DNA of 64,000 bases from Callorhinchus milii (GCF_018977255.1 NW_024704743.1:13270001-13334000), one strand, 5' to 3'. Positions 12,047-25,985 are shown, counted from the stretch's first letter. Translations and numbers: made by a program. The notes: a model not told the origin generated them from the sequence alone.

Positions 12047-12374
12047 ATAATAATAATAATAATAATAATCCTTGCACTTGACATAGCGCTTTTCACGTCG
12101 GGAGGATGTCCCAAAGTGCTTCACAGAACACACTGTAAAGTGAATTGACTGTATATTTGTGGGCGAACGCGGTAGCCAATTGCGTACAGCAATGTCCCAC
12201 AAACAGTCGTAGATTGAAAATGATCAATTTATTATTGTTTTTGTTTTTTGGAGGGATTATTATTAGGCGTGTGGAGTAAGGAAACTTGCCCAAGGTTTCG
12301 CCCTGCCTGGAATTGAACTCAGGTCTCTCGCTTGCAAAGCGAGTGCTCTAACCACTGAGCTACAGGACTCCACA
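12047..12374 (-). mobile_element. Short young SINE, full length
   Basis: Near-identical to 555-880. Confidence 0.92.
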
Positions 12375-12544
12375 AGTCCAAGTTAAGGGATTTGTAGACT
12401 TGTGTGAGGATCGTGAAGTCGATCTGTTCTGTGATAGGGGGCCAGAGGACTGGTGTGATGGAGGTATGTAGTTTAGAGCTGGTGAATATACGGGCGGCAG
12501 AGTTTTGAATTTGTTGGAGTTTGTAACCAAATATTTATCTAATT

Positions 12545-12667
12545 CCATCTTAAATTTACATGGACGCATAATTGGAATTGAGGTACAGATCAGCCATGAT
12601 CTTATAGAATGGAGGAACAGGCTCAAGGGGCTGAATGGCCTACTCCTTTTTGTGTGTTTCTATGTTT
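12545..12667 (+). mobile_element. CR1-type 3' UTR tail
   Basis: GATCAGCCATGATCTTATAGAATGG..AGGCTCAAGGGGCTGAATGGCCTACTCCT. An inverted homologue lies at 54308-54370. Confidence 0.75.
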
Positions 12668-13929
12668 CTACTCACTACTCCCTGACACACCTCCAAGGCT
12701 CAGCACTTTCTTAGTGTCATTCCTCCTGTCCCAGCGTCTTCACTTTGTCCCTTATAATGGCTTCTCCTCCCACTCACGTAGTCTCTTGTGGCATTCCTGT
12801 ATAATTCTATGATTCTATCATATATGGATGACAACCAACTCTACCTCTGCTCAACTCCTGGACCACTGTTGCTCTTTTCAGACATCAACCACAGCAGACT
12901 AGCTATATGGGAAATTGGAAATTGGGAAATTTTGGGTTGGCTCCTGAGTACCCCTGTGATTGTTTCCCAAGTGCCCCATCCAACAATTTTACATCACAAT
13001 CCTGAGCCTATTTAGGGATTCAGTCCACCACCTTTCTCCAAATCAACGCTGATAAAGAACACCCCTACCCCTCTGTCTGCATCCCAGCTCAGTCTCCCAC
13101 TCTATCTTTGTAAAGCTCTTTGAGATGTTTTCTCTTACTTGAAGGGTGCTATTTATTTAAGAGAGAAGTGTTGTTGTTGAAAAAATATGATGTGAAAATC
13201 AACAGTAGTGCCACAAGTTGATTTTTCAATCCAGATACTTTTAATCGTGATCATGGGTTTGCTCATGTTTTAGACACCTGGTTAACCAGAACTAAATGAG
13301 TAACACTGAGAGGTGTAGGTATCTCCCATTTCAGGGACATCCCATTTACCCTTTGCTTTTGGACTCACAGCAGTTGTAAGTAGAAGTAGTGTAAATAGAT
13401 TATAAGCCATCCTTTTTCTCCCTACTTTGTGAGCACTTTACCAAAACCTGTCTCTACTTCGATCATAAGATTCCTCTTCCTGATGTCTACTCATTGAACA
13501 GGATATCATAGATCTTTTTGTGAAAGTTATAACTGCCGATAACAAAAGATAGAAAATAAGCCTTTGTAACTGATAGTATTGTTTAGAATCTACCTGTAGT
13601 GAATGTGGCTTTTAACTGATACTGTCTTGTAATGTGACCTGGCCTTATTTGCAGAACGATCATTGTGTCACTGTATCACCTCTCTGTAGCTTAAACCAAG
13701 ATTGAGTCACAAGGAAGATGTCAAAATCCAAATGTCAAGTGATGACTTATCTTCCACTTTTGAAATATCCATTATTTTGTTGTTGGTACTTAACTTACCA
13801 TCCGTTGTTTTGGTCATTTACCATTTAACTCAGAAGATTGAGGATACTTTTTTTGCAATAAATATTCTTACTTTGCACCATCTCAAATTCTTAATTCTAC
13901 ACCAAATGTATAATGTCCACTGCACACAG

Positions 13930-13989
13930 AACATCAGGACAAGAACCTGAGGAGGGAGAGTGCATTCCATCTAAGGCACCAGGGAATAT
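13930..13989 (+). other. Candidate 60-nt exon, copy 1 (TSGQEPEEGECIPSKAPGN)
   Basis: Bounded by CACAG| and |GTTAAT. The length is a multiple of 3, and the unit is duplicated at 14700. Confidence 0.45.
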
Positions 13990-14699
13990 GTTAATTTTTG
14001 CGTACTGTTAGTTGATTGGTTTACGGTGATGGTGTTTCAGCAAGTTATTATGAGAAACTGTTGAAGAACTGTGTTACTGATCTCTTTCAAATGGAGGAAA
14101 TCAGTTAATCACTGGCCATGTGAAGCAGGTTGTGTGTTTGAAGTAGGAAGGGAACATTTTTGAAACTGTTGGTGGAAGTAAATATGATGTGTGCTGGGTG
14201 AATCCAATATTTTGTGTCTCTTTCATCCTTCTCCTGTTCTTTCACTTACAACCACTATGCCCCAAAGCCTTCGAACTCTCTCCCTCCGCCTTGCCACCTC
14301 CGTCCCATCTTTTAGATAATGACTGAAGACCTTCCTCTTCAACCAGGCTTACAGTCACCTCCTTCCTCCCTTCGGCTCAGCATCAATCCCTCAACCAGCT
14401 ACCAGTGAAGTGGATGGATACTTAGCTCTATTGACTATTGGAAATATTGAAAAAAATGGATTTGGTTGGCTGGGTGACTGACACATGTGGAAAACGATCA
14501 CCATGCTTATGAGTATTCAAACCAGACTGAGAGTTCTACCTGCATATGCCACCTACAAATGGAAATTTTCCTGTGTTTCAAATGGAATCTGTTGGAGATA
14601 GATCTAGACTATTGGAGGTCTGACAATCTCACCTATTCAACAATTAAACATATTTTAACCAATTTTTTTAACATTACCTTTCTTGTTCACTACAGACAG

Positions 14700-14759
14700 A
14701 ACATCAGGTCAAGAAGCTGAGGAAGGAGAGTGTATTCCATCGAAGACATCAGGGAATAT
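14700..14759 (+). other. Candidate 60-nt exon, copy 2 (TSGQEAEEGECIPSKTSGN)
   Basis: 53/60 identical to copy 1, with the same AG/GT boundaries and a pyrimidine-rich upstream tract. Confidence 0.45.
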
Positions 14760-15369
14760 GTTAATTTGCTGCGAATACTGCTCCAGCATTCGCACATTAT
14801 AAATCTCAATTTCTTCTGTTAAACTTTCTGCAATCGCAGATGTATAGTTAAACAAAAATAACTTGATCATTCAAATCTAGAACTGTTTGTGGGGCACTGG
14901 TTTGCACAATTGGCTGTCATGTTTCGCCAACAAAATACACAGTCAATCCACTTCTCAGTATATTCTGCAAAGCACTTTGAGATGTGATAAGGCGATACAT
15001 CAAATGCAAGGATTATTATTGTTATTATAAAATAAAGCATTGTGTGATTGAAAATTAACTTGTAAAATGTTGTATTTTCTCACCACCAGGGGGCACAATT
15101 GCTTCCATTCTTGCAGTTCATTTCTGGGTTTTAATCTGACTGGTTTGCAAAAGGATAATAATAATAATAATAATCCTTGCATTTGATATACAAGAACAAC
15201 AAACTTATATTTATAGAGCACCTTCCATGTCGGGAGGACGTCCCAAGGCACTGGGACATCTTGTATATAGCGCCTTAGCACGTCTTCGGGGCATCTCAAA
15301 GTGCTTTACAGAATATACTGTAATGAGTGATACGAATCCCTGCTCCTGGACCCTCTAACTATTGGCTGA

Positions 15370-16310
15370 ATGCCAGCCTGGCTCATTTAGTAGAGCTCTC
15401 ACCTCTGAGTCAGAAGGTTGTGGGTTCAAGTCCCACATTGGAACTTGAAACTCATGCTGAAACCCCAATGCACTGCTGCGGGTGTGCTGTATTCAACTTC
15501 CTCCAACTGAATGTTGGCAAGACAGAGGCCCACCCACTTGGTTCCCGTCAGTGCCTTCTCACCTCAGGCATTGACAGTATCACTATTCATGGCTGCACTC
15601 TACACCTCACTGGGCTAATATGGAACCTCGGTGCCCTGTTTGACCCTCAGGTATCTTTCAAACCACACATTTGTGCTGTGACCCGTTCCGCCGTTTCTCA
15701 CCTCCGCAACATTGCCCACCTCGGCCACTGCCTCTCGCCGCAGGCCACCAAGACCATGATCCACACTTTCATCACATCCCAGCTTCACAACGTCAACTGC
15801 CTGCTCACTGGACTTCCCATCCTTGCCCGGGTTCACCAGCTCCCCATTCTTCAGAGGGTTCAAAACCTTGTTTTCAGCTTCAAAGCTCTCCATGGTCTTG
15901 CTCTCCCCTACCTCTGTGACCTCCTAACCCCATATCAGCCTGTCTGCTCCCTCCACTTGGCGGATACGAGCCTGGTCCAGGTCTCCCACACTTCCCGCCC
16001 CTCCATTGGTGGTCGTGCATCTCTGCCCCCACACTCTGGAACTCTACCCCGCAATCCCTCCGCCTCACCCTCTCCCTTGCCTTCTTTAAGTCCCGTCTTC
16101 GACCGCCTACCCCCCCGCCCCGTGCCCTCCACCTCTCCTAACCCCAACTCGGATCCCAAACCCCTGATTATCCAGCACCCTGGGACATCTTTCCCATGTG
16201 AAGAGTGCTATATAAGTGTAATTTGTTGTTGTTGTATTGTTGGAAGTGCCATCCTATGGATGAAACATTGAAACAGGGTCCAGTCTGCCTGATTAAGTGG
16301 CTGTTAAAGA
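15370..16310 (+). mobile_element. SacSINE1-like DeuSINE split by an L2 insertion
   Basis: The head TGCCAGCCTGGCTCATTTAGTAGAGC..CTGAGTCAGAAGGTTGTGGGTTCAAGTCCCAC runs to 15493. The element resumes as GTTGGAAGTGCCATCC at 16239. Confidence 0.8.
15494..16232 (+). mobile_element. L2 LINE 3' fragment with 6-bp TSD
   Basis: ORF 15327-16271 contains NFLQLNVGKTE, NLGALFD, HLRNIAHL and FKALHGLALPYL. It has a (TTG)n tail, and TGTATT occurs at 15488-15493 and 16233-16238. Confidence 0.9.
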
Positions 16311-16864
16311 TGTAAAAAAAAGTCTTTCAAATTAAAACAGAATTTCAGACTTTTCTGTACAACTTAAACACTAAGTCAAAATGGACTTAACATGTTAAGG
16401 TAAGATGAGTCTTGTGCAACCTTTTTACTCTCTGTGTGACTCAGAGTGGGAGCCAAGCAAAGGAAACAAAACGAGAGAAGAAACAAAGCCAGTGACAGGA
16501 GCTCAATGGCTTTGATGCTCGATAGATTTATTCAACTGTTGGCTTTTGGAGCAGAGTAAATTCATTTGATATCGATCTCCAACAAAAGCAGAGATCTGAG
16601 GAGAACATGGGTGGCAGTTCTTAATCAGTTAATCTCTGTGATTTGGGACAGCAGCTGCAGTGGTTTCTATCCACAGAAAGATCAGGTTACAAATCCATTT
16701 GGGCTTCTTCAAAGCTGAGAGGACTAATTAGATATGATTTCTGATGCAAAGAAATTAGAAAATTTGGGACCATAGCACAAGTCAGATCCAGATCACAACT
16801 TATCCAAATAACTGGATGTGCTTCTTATTACATTATTTGAGTCCTTGCTGTTAAATGATAACAA

Positions 16865-17267
16865 TAATCGATGCATTTGATATTGTGCCTTTCAGGTTGG
16901 GAGGACGGCCCAAAGCTCTTCACATGATTTACAGTAAATTGTAGTAACTGTATTTTTGTGGTGGCAGCCAATTAGCACACAGTAATATCCCTCAAACAGC
17001 TATGAAGTGAATAAACAATTTTACCTGTGGGATTATTGGTTAGGACATCAGGAGAAACCCCCTTCTCTTTTCAAATAATGAGATCTTTAACGTCCACCTA
17101 AACAGGCAGACTGGACCTCGATTTAACATTTCATCCAACAATTCAGCACCTCTCACCGCTGCATTGTGTCAACATCGAGTGTGAGTTCAAAGTCCTGATG
17201 TGGGGCTTGAACTCACAACCTTGTAACTCAGAGGCGAGCATGCTACCAACTGACCCAGACTGACACC
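16865..17267 (-). mobile_element. SacSINE1-like DeuSINE, near full length
   Basis: Reverse complement of the 22880 element. The head ends ACCAACTGACCCAGACTGACAC. Confidence 0.85.
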
Positions 17268-17594
17268 TGTTGATAATTACAGGACAAGATCATTGAGTGT
17301 CTTTAGTGTGCGTAGTCTGACATTGAATTAAAGCTTTATGGCTCATGTCTAATAGCACTGTAACTATTAAACAGTGCTACCTATTTCCCACTCCTGGTTC
17401 TTCGATGTTTATATTTTATTATGCAAAATACTGAAGGGCATTCTTGTTTAAAAACAGCAGACTTTATTCTTTGAGGGATGCATATTTTTATCTAATGTTT
17501 TAACTGTTTTAACAATCTTATTCTGTCGATTATGATCCTATTCGTTTATTTCCATAGGTCAAAGACCGACTGGTATGAAATAAGATGGAATCGA

Positions 17595-17998
17595 AGAAAT
17601 ACAATACAAAACATTTGTATTACGCCATGTCGGGAGGACGCCGCAAGGCGCTGGACAGACAGGGATTTGGACCCGAGTGCGGGGGGGGGGTTTCGATCAA
17701 TGAGGGTGGAGAGCAGGGAGGGTAGGAGGGTACCGAAGGTGCAATCAAAGAGGAGGATCTTGAGGCGTTCCTTGAAGGAGGCAAGAGAGAGAGCGAGGTG
17801 AAGGGAATGTGGGATGGAGTTCCAGAGGCTTGGGGCAGAGAGGCTGAAGGCCCAATCGCTGATGGTGGGGGGGGTGGGGAGGGGGCTGGGCAGGGGAACG
17901 TGGAGCTGGCCGCAACCTGCTGAGCGGCGGACAGATTGAAATAACAACAACAAGATTACATTTGTATAGTGCCTTTCACGTTGAGAGGACATCCCAAG
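17595..17998 (-). mobile_element. L2 3' fragments (two tails)
   Basis: AFSLSAPSLWNSIP..SFKERLKILLF. A second (CAA)n L2 tail lies at 17942-17998. Confidence 0.8.
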
Positions 17999-18819
17999 GA
18001 AAATAAGATGAATCAGAGAGATTACACACAAAGGCATGGGCAATTAAAGGGTTAAACCATGTTCAATTGATGTTAATTCGAACATTTAGATAGAAACCTG
18101 AACAGAAGTGGATAAAACCTCTTGAGTTTATCAGGAATATCTGAAGTTGTGATCAGGTGGAAAGATCCCACTGCAGTTAGGCACCTGTTGCTGCTCGTTC
18201 AGACGCTTGTTTTGTTTAAGACAGAAAAGTCTCGCCATAAACATCTGTGATTTTCATCATGTTTGGTATCTGTCATCAACGTGGGGTTGATGCCACTGAG
18301 TAAAATAGCAGCAAAGGGAACAAGGCAAAGCTTAATCAATGATAAAAGCAGCCAGGGAGGCCTGAACAGAGATTTTAGGGGTCTTTCACTATCAGATCCC
18401 AGATTTTATCCCTGAGTTCTGTCTCTGTAATCCAAGACCTTTTGTTCAGGGGGTAGTGCTCTGGGCTGAGCTAACCTTGAGTCAACAGCTTTTGAACAGC
18501 ACAGAGCAGGGAGCTGAGGTGAGTGGTTCAGCATATGGGGTAATGAAACCCATGGAGATTTATTACAGGCTACAATTTATAACTGCCCCCTGGGTGTGAG
18601 CTTCACCTGATCTTTCCCACTGGCTGAGGAACCTAAGCTTTGGGAACAGTTTGGCTCTTTAATCTGCTGTACATCCTTATATTCTATGATAGGAAAAACA
18701 GAAGCACTTTTCATTGCAATTCCACCAATGCAGTGCGCAAACCTGGCCATTCATCTCCAACTTCCTTGGATCCCCAGATATTTTATGCTGTGCACTTTTC
18801 TCATGGGATTTTGATGGGA

Positions 18820-19005
18820 ATAATAATAATCCTTGTATTTGATATAACACCTTATCACATCTTCGAGATATCTCAAAGTGTTTCACAGAATATACTGTAA
18901 AGTGAATTGAATGTATATTTGTGGGCGAAACACAGCAGCCAACTGCACACAGCAGTGTCTCACGAACAGTTGTGGATTGAAGTGACAAATTTATTATTAT
19001 TATTA
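18820..19005 (-). mobile_element. SINE 3' half (older tail type)
   Basis: Deu core and (AAT)n tail. Confidence 0.8.
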
Positions 19006-21677
19006 GTTTTTTTTTAAAAAATGAAGGAATTATCTGAAATATAAAATATAAAGCTGCACATTATCTTTATGCTCTCGTAACTCAAAGCTCATACGCTTGA
19101 GTCAGCCCACCAAAATCACTGATTATTTTCCGGCTGAATTGTTCCCAAACAAGAATTTAGACATTTCTAACTCTGACATATCTCACGGGCATGTCCTGGG
19201 TCACTCCTATGAGATCCAATTTGCAGTATTCCTAACACATTTTGGAGAGAAAATGTAGTATGTGATTTAATAATGATCACTAGGTATTGCATTGAAATTG
19301 TTGTTTATTGATGTGCTTTTTCTTAACACAATTTATTATGGCTTCACAATCTGTTGGTGAAATGTGCTTGAGCTGTTCTAAGATGATATACGAGCACAGT
19401 ACTGCAGAGAGCCCTGATTTGTTGGGTTGAGGTCCTTAGGGTAAGATGTTAAACTAAGAATCTGTCTATTCAGATGAATGTTATGGATCCTCTTTTAGCT
19501 CTTCTTTTATAATCCGTATCCAAACCAAACTACCGAGATTTCCATATAATGAATGATTCTGTTTCTGACTGTGCCCTTTCTCGCCAGAGAGACACAGGCT
19601 CTGATTTCCTAATTCCAGAGAGTTTAGGTGCAGGTTGGCAAGGGTGTCTGTGCCTCCAAACCCTGCCCATGATTGAGCCTGGCTGGTCCATCATCAATGG
19701 TGTCCCGAAGTACTGCAGATTTGCCTGGCTCAGGTATCCATCAACTGAAACTGCCACAGATTCTGATTCTGATCCTCCACTGCCAGGTGTGTCACCCTGG
19801 AGCCAGCTCAGCCCCAAAGCACTATGACTATAAAAAGATGGGAGTTTCTTCCAGTGTCCTGAACAACAATTCAGATTAATTGGTCTTTCGCATCATAGCT
19901 GTTTGTGGAACCTTGGGCAAATGGCTGCCGTGTTTGCTTACATAAGCCAGTCACTACACTTGACAGTACTTGTGAAGCATTTGAAATATCTTAATGCGAT
20001 AGGGTACTATATAAAAATATATATTTCTCTTAACATACAGGTATCAAAAAATCATTGAGGAGATAATCTGACCTATCTGAAACTTTGAGGATTGTTGCAT
20101 TAAGTTTTGCTTCAGGGGGGAGGGTGTGAGGTAGATGTGTGAAGTTGAGGTTCAAAAAGGCAATGCGTGGCTGAGTGTGTGTGTGGACGTCTTACACATA
20201 TATGTGTATTCTATTACTGAACTGGTAAATAGATTGGTACATTCCGTGTCTTTTTTGAATAACAGTGGGGCATATCAAGTCTTTCAATAGACTTTAGAAA
20301 ATTGTATCAGGCAGAGAGCTACAATCAATTTGTGAACTATATGCAGGTTCCCACGAACTGTTATCTACTCCGTGCTGTTTGTATTGTTTAACTGCCTCTG
20401 ATGTGGGTCCTAACCAGCACATTACACAGACGTTGTTACACCTGTTTTTGTGTCCAAATAGAGTTCAATTGATGCTCAGCTTCAACAATATAGTATTATA
20501 TTCAGGACTTGTTTCACTACAGGCTTACTGGGGATAAAAGAAACTCATATCCTTATTCAGTAATCCTGACAGGCTGCATCAAAGGGACTGACGTGACTGA
20601 TGTGAATTTATACACAGCAGGTGTGTCTATTGCCCTCACTGCAAGGTCCATTCCCTGTTCGGAGTGAGAGATCAGTAATCTCAAGATTTGACTTCTCAAT
20701 GAGATTTCCAGGTGGGTTTCAGGTGTACAGATGTTCTGAGGGAGTACAACACTTCAGTACCCACATGGAAGCATGACTTCACAGTGTACACACAAGAACA
20801 CCACCCTTCATAGTTACATGGATCTGTTTACACCCCATTGCTTTGTAAGATTTATTTTGAATCATCAATCGTTACAATTTTATTGTTCATGGGGAACCAT
20901 TACATTAGCTAGAGCTTTGCAGATTTGAAAGCGGATGTCTCAGAGGGTGTAGGAGAGTGTGGGTCACTCCCAGAAAAAAACACTGTTTGGGTTTTACAAT
21001 AAAAAGAAAGGTTTATTTCAATAAAGAAGCTGTTACTTTTCACAGTCATCTTCTGCAGACTCTCTCAAGCACTCAGCTATATATTGGTGCTGATTCATTA
21101 ACTGGTTGCTAGTGCTCAATTAGCACATAAGGGCTGGGATTTTAAACAACCTGATTAGAGTCTAGCCCGGTTAGCTAACTTGATTGAGGCACCTTTTTAA
21201 ACAAGTCAAAAAAACAATGTGCTCCTTTACACATAGGTGCAACACCAATATGCATGGAAGGTAGGGACAGAGGGAACCTTATGTAAGATGTTAAGCCTGG
21301 GACTGTACTTTCCACTAATGCCACAACAGCAGGATAAGAGGTCACATGCTCAGGGATGTGAGGAATAATTTCAGGATAGACCGAGGAGGAATTTTATTAT
21401 ATAGTTGTGGTGAACAGTTAGACCGAGTTATCAGGAAGAGTGGTAGAGGGCAGGAGGGGGGATTATTCCATCTGAGTTTAGACATTTTGAGACTGTATTT
21501 CCCAGTGTGCATATTTTGGACAATTCTTAAATTCAGTATTTGTTTTGAATCCAATCCCTCTAGTTCTATAAACCTAAGAATAACTTCTGTTGGTTGTACC
21601 CAAGCACTTCTCACCACCAATAGACCTATCTGAAAACAGGAATAACAATGCAGTTGTTATGCCACAAGTTTGAATAT

Positions 21678-22050
21678 AGTGGAGTCCTGTAGCATATTGG
21701 TTAGAGCACTTGCCTCAAAAGCGAGAGGTCCTGGGTTTGAATCCCGGGCAGTGTGAAACCTTAGGCATGTTTCCTTACTCCACACGCCTCTGATTACCTA
21801 TCAATAAGTAAGAATTCAGTTGCTAGTCGATTGGCGAATCGCTTTCTGGGGGTGATAATCCTTTCAGAAATGTTTTTAAAAAACTAAATAACTAAGAATT
21901 TGGTCACAACAACTGTGTGGAACATTTTGTGTGCACAATTGGCTGCTGTGTTTCACCCACAAAATATAGTCAATTTACAATATATTCTGTGAAGTGCTTT
22001 GAAACATCTCAATGACATGGTAAGGCACTATATCAAATGCAACGATTATA
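21678..22050 (+). mobile_element. Long subfamily SINE, full length
   Basis: GTGGAGTCCTGTAGCATATTGGTTAGAGC head, extra internal segment, Deu core and tail. Confidence 0.88.
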
Positions 22051-22879
22051 TGTATGTATATATACTATTATTCCTATATAGTATATAACATGGGTACACT
22101 GTGTACCCACACAATATTGAAGTGTGGGGCATTTCCAACTTCCATCACTGACTGGCACATTTTCTTGTGCCATAGTACATGTGGCAGGTCTCCGGACATC
22201 AGTGTATCCCCAGCAACACCTGGAAATATTCCATAGAGCAGTCACCACTGACTGGCCGGCTTCCTGATCATGGCCACGGCGATTTGTGATTTATGCGACG
22301 ATCCTGACAACACCACTGGTGATCAGCCACATGGTATGGTATGGAGTGTGCGAAACGTGAGCTGGCTAGGTTAGCAAGCAGGGCATCGGAAACATCAAGG
22401 CTGAAGGGTGACAAAGAGATCTCACTCAGGCTATTTTCATCTCTCTACTGCCGTGACTTGAAGCTTGTATCCCTCTACTCTTCATTGAATCAGGAACATT
22501 GTTATGTTTGTCTATGTTTAAACATGAGTGTAACAATCTTTTTCTCACATGTAAGCACTTTCACTTTGAGTTGCTACTTGTTGGAGAGTTGCTTAATTCA
22601 GAACTATGTCCCCTCGTTCTTGTCTCCTGGCTTATACCAAAGAACAGCTCCCCATGGATCCTATTGCAAACTTATGCATCAAGCCCACCAGTGATCAACA
22701 ACATCAACTTGCAATAATATAATAATTTTCTCAGAGTGATGTACAGTGACAAGATGGAACACCAAGGAAGATAGGGGAGGGGTAGATGATCATAGGCCCA
22801 GTCTATCACATCCTTCATAGGATTGAATCAGGTAAAATACTCCCACAAGGGGTCCATTTTGTAATATGTAACCATTCAG

Positions 22880-23302
22880 GTGTCAGCCTGGCTCAGTTAG
22901 TAACACTCTGAGTCAAAAGATTGTGGGTTCAAGATCCACTTCAGAACTTTGATCTCATAGACTAGAGGGCCAAGGCTGACACTCCAGCGCAGTGCTGGGC
23001 AGTGCTGCATTGTCGGAGGTGCCGTCCTTTGGATAAGATTAAGGCCCTGTCTGCATATTCAGGTGGATGCTAAAGATCTCATGTCATTATTTGAAAAGTG
23101 AAGGGAGTTTCTCCCGGTGTCCTGGCCGACAATCCACCTAATAAAACTGGTCATTCGATTCATGGCTGTTTGTGGGACATTGTCTGCAGTGCCTATCTAC
23201 AAAATACACAGTCACTACATTTTACAGTAAATCCTGTGACTCACTTTGAGAAATGTTGATGATGTGATAAAGCACTATATTAAATACAAGGATTATTATT
23301 TA
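22880..23302 (+). mobile_element. SacSINE1-like DeuSINE, near full length
   Basis: tRNA-like head GTGTCAGCCTGGCTCAGTTAGTAAC..GTGGGTTCAAG, then GGCTGACACTCCAG and GGAGGTGCCGTCCTTTGGAT, a Deu core and an L2-like tail. Confidence 0.85.
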
Positions 23303-23604
23303 TATTATAACATCCACTCTGGTATTAATCTATACATACTCAAAGTGAGTCATAGGATTTTCTGTAAAGTGTTGTGACTGTGGATTAGGTAAACAAGCAG
23401 CCAATTCATGCTCAGCAATGTCCCACAAACAGCCTGTCCTTTTCTGCCCTATTCAGAAGTGGGCATCTGCCAGAGAGGATATAGATATTTGCCTCTTCAA
23501 TAATCTGGGTGTGGACGAGCAGGCTGGTACCGTGGTTGTTAAGACTTTCCATGGTTGTCTTCACTGGGGTTGCTCACTGTGAAGTGAGCATGTTATAGCA
23601 ATCA

Positions 23605-25254
23605 TCTTCAGCCTCTGCAAGGAGATGTTGGACTTCCTCGAATCCAAAATCAAGGAGATTGATTTGGTTACCTCTGTGCTGTCCACCGCTACTTCCTCGC
23701 CACCTCCCCCCTCACACCCCGACCCCCACCCATCCCTCCCTACACACTTTTGACCTTGTCCCCCTTTCTTCCTTCACCTCCACCATCTCAAAAATGAAGC
23801 CCACCACCTGCTCCCTCAACCCCATCCTTACCCCTCTCCTCACCTCCCAACTCCACCTTCTGTCCCCTTTTCTAACCAACATTATCAACCTCTCCTTATC
23901 CACTGGCACTGTTCTCACCCCCCTAAAAACAGCTGTCATCACACCCATCCTCAAAAATATTTCCCTGGACCCATTCCTACTCTCCAGCTATCAGCCCATC
24001 TCCAACTTCCCATTCCTCTCCAAGTCCCTGGATAGAGTCGTCACATCCTACCTTCTCTTTCCTCTCCCGCCATTTCCTCTTTGAACCCCTCCAATCGGGT
24101 TTCTGTGCTGCCCACAGCACAGAAACAGCCTGGTCAAAGTCATTAACAACATTGTGAACATCTGCGACCAGGGCTCACTCTGCCTCCTTGTTCTCCTCGA
24201 CCTCTCTGCTGCCTTTGACACTGTTGATCATTCTATCCTCGTACACCGCCTCTTCTCTCAGCTCAACCTTCATGAACTTGCCCTTGCCTGGTTTAAATCC
24301 TATCTCTCCCACCATCTCCACTTTGTCGCTACTACCGGCTTCTCCTCCAGTCCCCGCACCATCACGTGTGGCGTTCCTCAGGGCTCTGTTCTTGGCCCTT
24401 TCCTTTTCAATATCTATATCCTCCCCCTTGGTGACATCATTTATAGACATGGGGTCAACTTCCACATGTATGCAGATGTTACCCAACTCTATCTCTCTGC
24501 CTCCACCCTTGACTCCAGGACCACTGCTGTCCTCACAGACTGCCTGTCGGACATCAAGTCCTGGATGACAGCTAACTTCCTGCAGTTGAATATCAGCAAA
24601 ACCGAGGCCCTCCTGCTTGGCTCCCATCAGTGCCTCCATATCTCGAGCACTGACAGCATTGCCCTCCATGGATCCACTCTACATCTCAAGGAGTCAATAT
24701 GGAACTTCGACATCCTGTTTGATCCTCGTCCTTCATATCCCACATCCATGCCATGGTACTCTCCACCTTTCTCCACCTCCGTAACATCGCCCGGCTCCAC
24801 CACTGTCTCGTACACGTATTCATAACATCTAGACTACTAGGCAAACTCCCTACTTGTCGGCCTCCCCAACTCCTCCCTCCATAGGCTGTAGTTCATCCAG
24901 AACTCTGCAGCTTGTGTCCTCTCCCACTCGAGGTCCGCAACCCTATCACCCTGATCCTCGCCCGACTCACTGGCTTTCCATCACACAGAGGATACAGTTC
25001 ACTTTGAAAGCCCTCCATGGCCTTGCTCTGCCCTTCACCTGCGACCTCCTAACACCCTACAAACCTTCAAGATCCATCCCAAGACCCTCCTCTTCAACCG
25101 TGCCTTCGGTCTCCTTCTTTCTTCCACTGCCCTCTGCCCTCCACCCTCCCCGTTCCCGACCCCCAGCTTGGGTCCAAAACACTGATTGTCCAGCGCGTTG
25201 GGACGTCCTCCCGACGTGAAAGGCGCTATACAAATGTAATTTTGTTGTTGTTTG
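23605..25254 (+). mobile_element. L2 LINE ORF2 remnant (RT domain to 3' end), disrupted
   Basis: Motifs YQPISNFPFLSK, LVLLDLSAAFDTVDH, GVPQGSVLGP, YADVTQLY and LQLNISKTE, with frameshifts and a (TTG) tail. Confidence 0.95.
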
Positions 25255-25771
25255 TTCCAGCTTAGAACAAGCAGTTGAAATGATATAAGATTTGCACTGT
25301 TTATTGGCTTTAGCGATTACTGGCTTTATTTCATTATCTCTATCGCTTTGTACAACTTTTGTCGACAGCCACATCAGATCACTGAGGAGTGGAGAGAATT
25401 TAGCCTTGGAGACTCAGAGGAACGCTTCATACTTCGTTACTTTTTCATAATGTTCTCAGCACAAGGACGTGAGAGAATGATGAATCATGTGTTGTGTTTG
25501 AGACTGACAGATGCCCTTTCCCTTCTTTGCAGTACATCTCTCAGGCCCCACAGGGTGAAAGTGTGAGATCATCTCAGGATATAAGCACCTGCCTTAGTGT
25601 TCTTTTTCCTATCTCAGCCCAGAGCCTCGCTGCTCCCTGATGTGTGTGGGGACAGCCATTCCTCGACACCCATCACTTTCTCTCCACAATTGTTATTAAG
25701 TATATTCAGCATGATTAAGACATATCTTTTAGAAGTATCCTACAGTTGTAAAAAAAAGTACATGATTCATA

Positions 25772-25985
25772 GGTGGAGTACTGCAGCGTATTGGTTAGAA
25801 TATTCGCCCTGCAAACGAGAGTACTGGGTTCGATTCCCGGGCAGGGCGAAAAGTTAGGCAAGTTTCCTTACTCCGTACACCTCTGTTTACCTAGCAGTAG
25901 GTTGGAACACGGTTGTCAGTCAATTGGCGTATCACTTTCTGGGGGTACTGATAAGGCGCTGTATCAAATGCAAGGATTATTATGA
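25772..25985 (+). mobile_element. Long subfamily SINE with internal deletion of the Deu core
   Basis: The head and extra segment are joined directly to TGATAAGGCGCTGTATCAAATGCAAGGATTATTAT. Confidence 0.8.

Noticed and set aside
11837..12293. Recurrent ORFs such as MWDIAVRNWLPRSPTNIQ.. and MGKFPYS..
   Set aside because: Incidental translations of the SINE. The recurrence reflects repeat copies.
15327..16271. 314-aa ORF, the longest in the window
   Set aside because: Chimeric read-through of SINE and decayed L2 sequence, not a host gene.
19530..19879. Cluster of three short ORFs
   Set aside because: No recognisable motifs, and they are embedded within SINE and family C remnants.
21342..21633. 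Overlapping ~95-aa ORFs on both strands with a minus-strand acceptor at 21631
   Set aside because: No recognisable domain and no convincing donor. ORFs of this length occur by chance.
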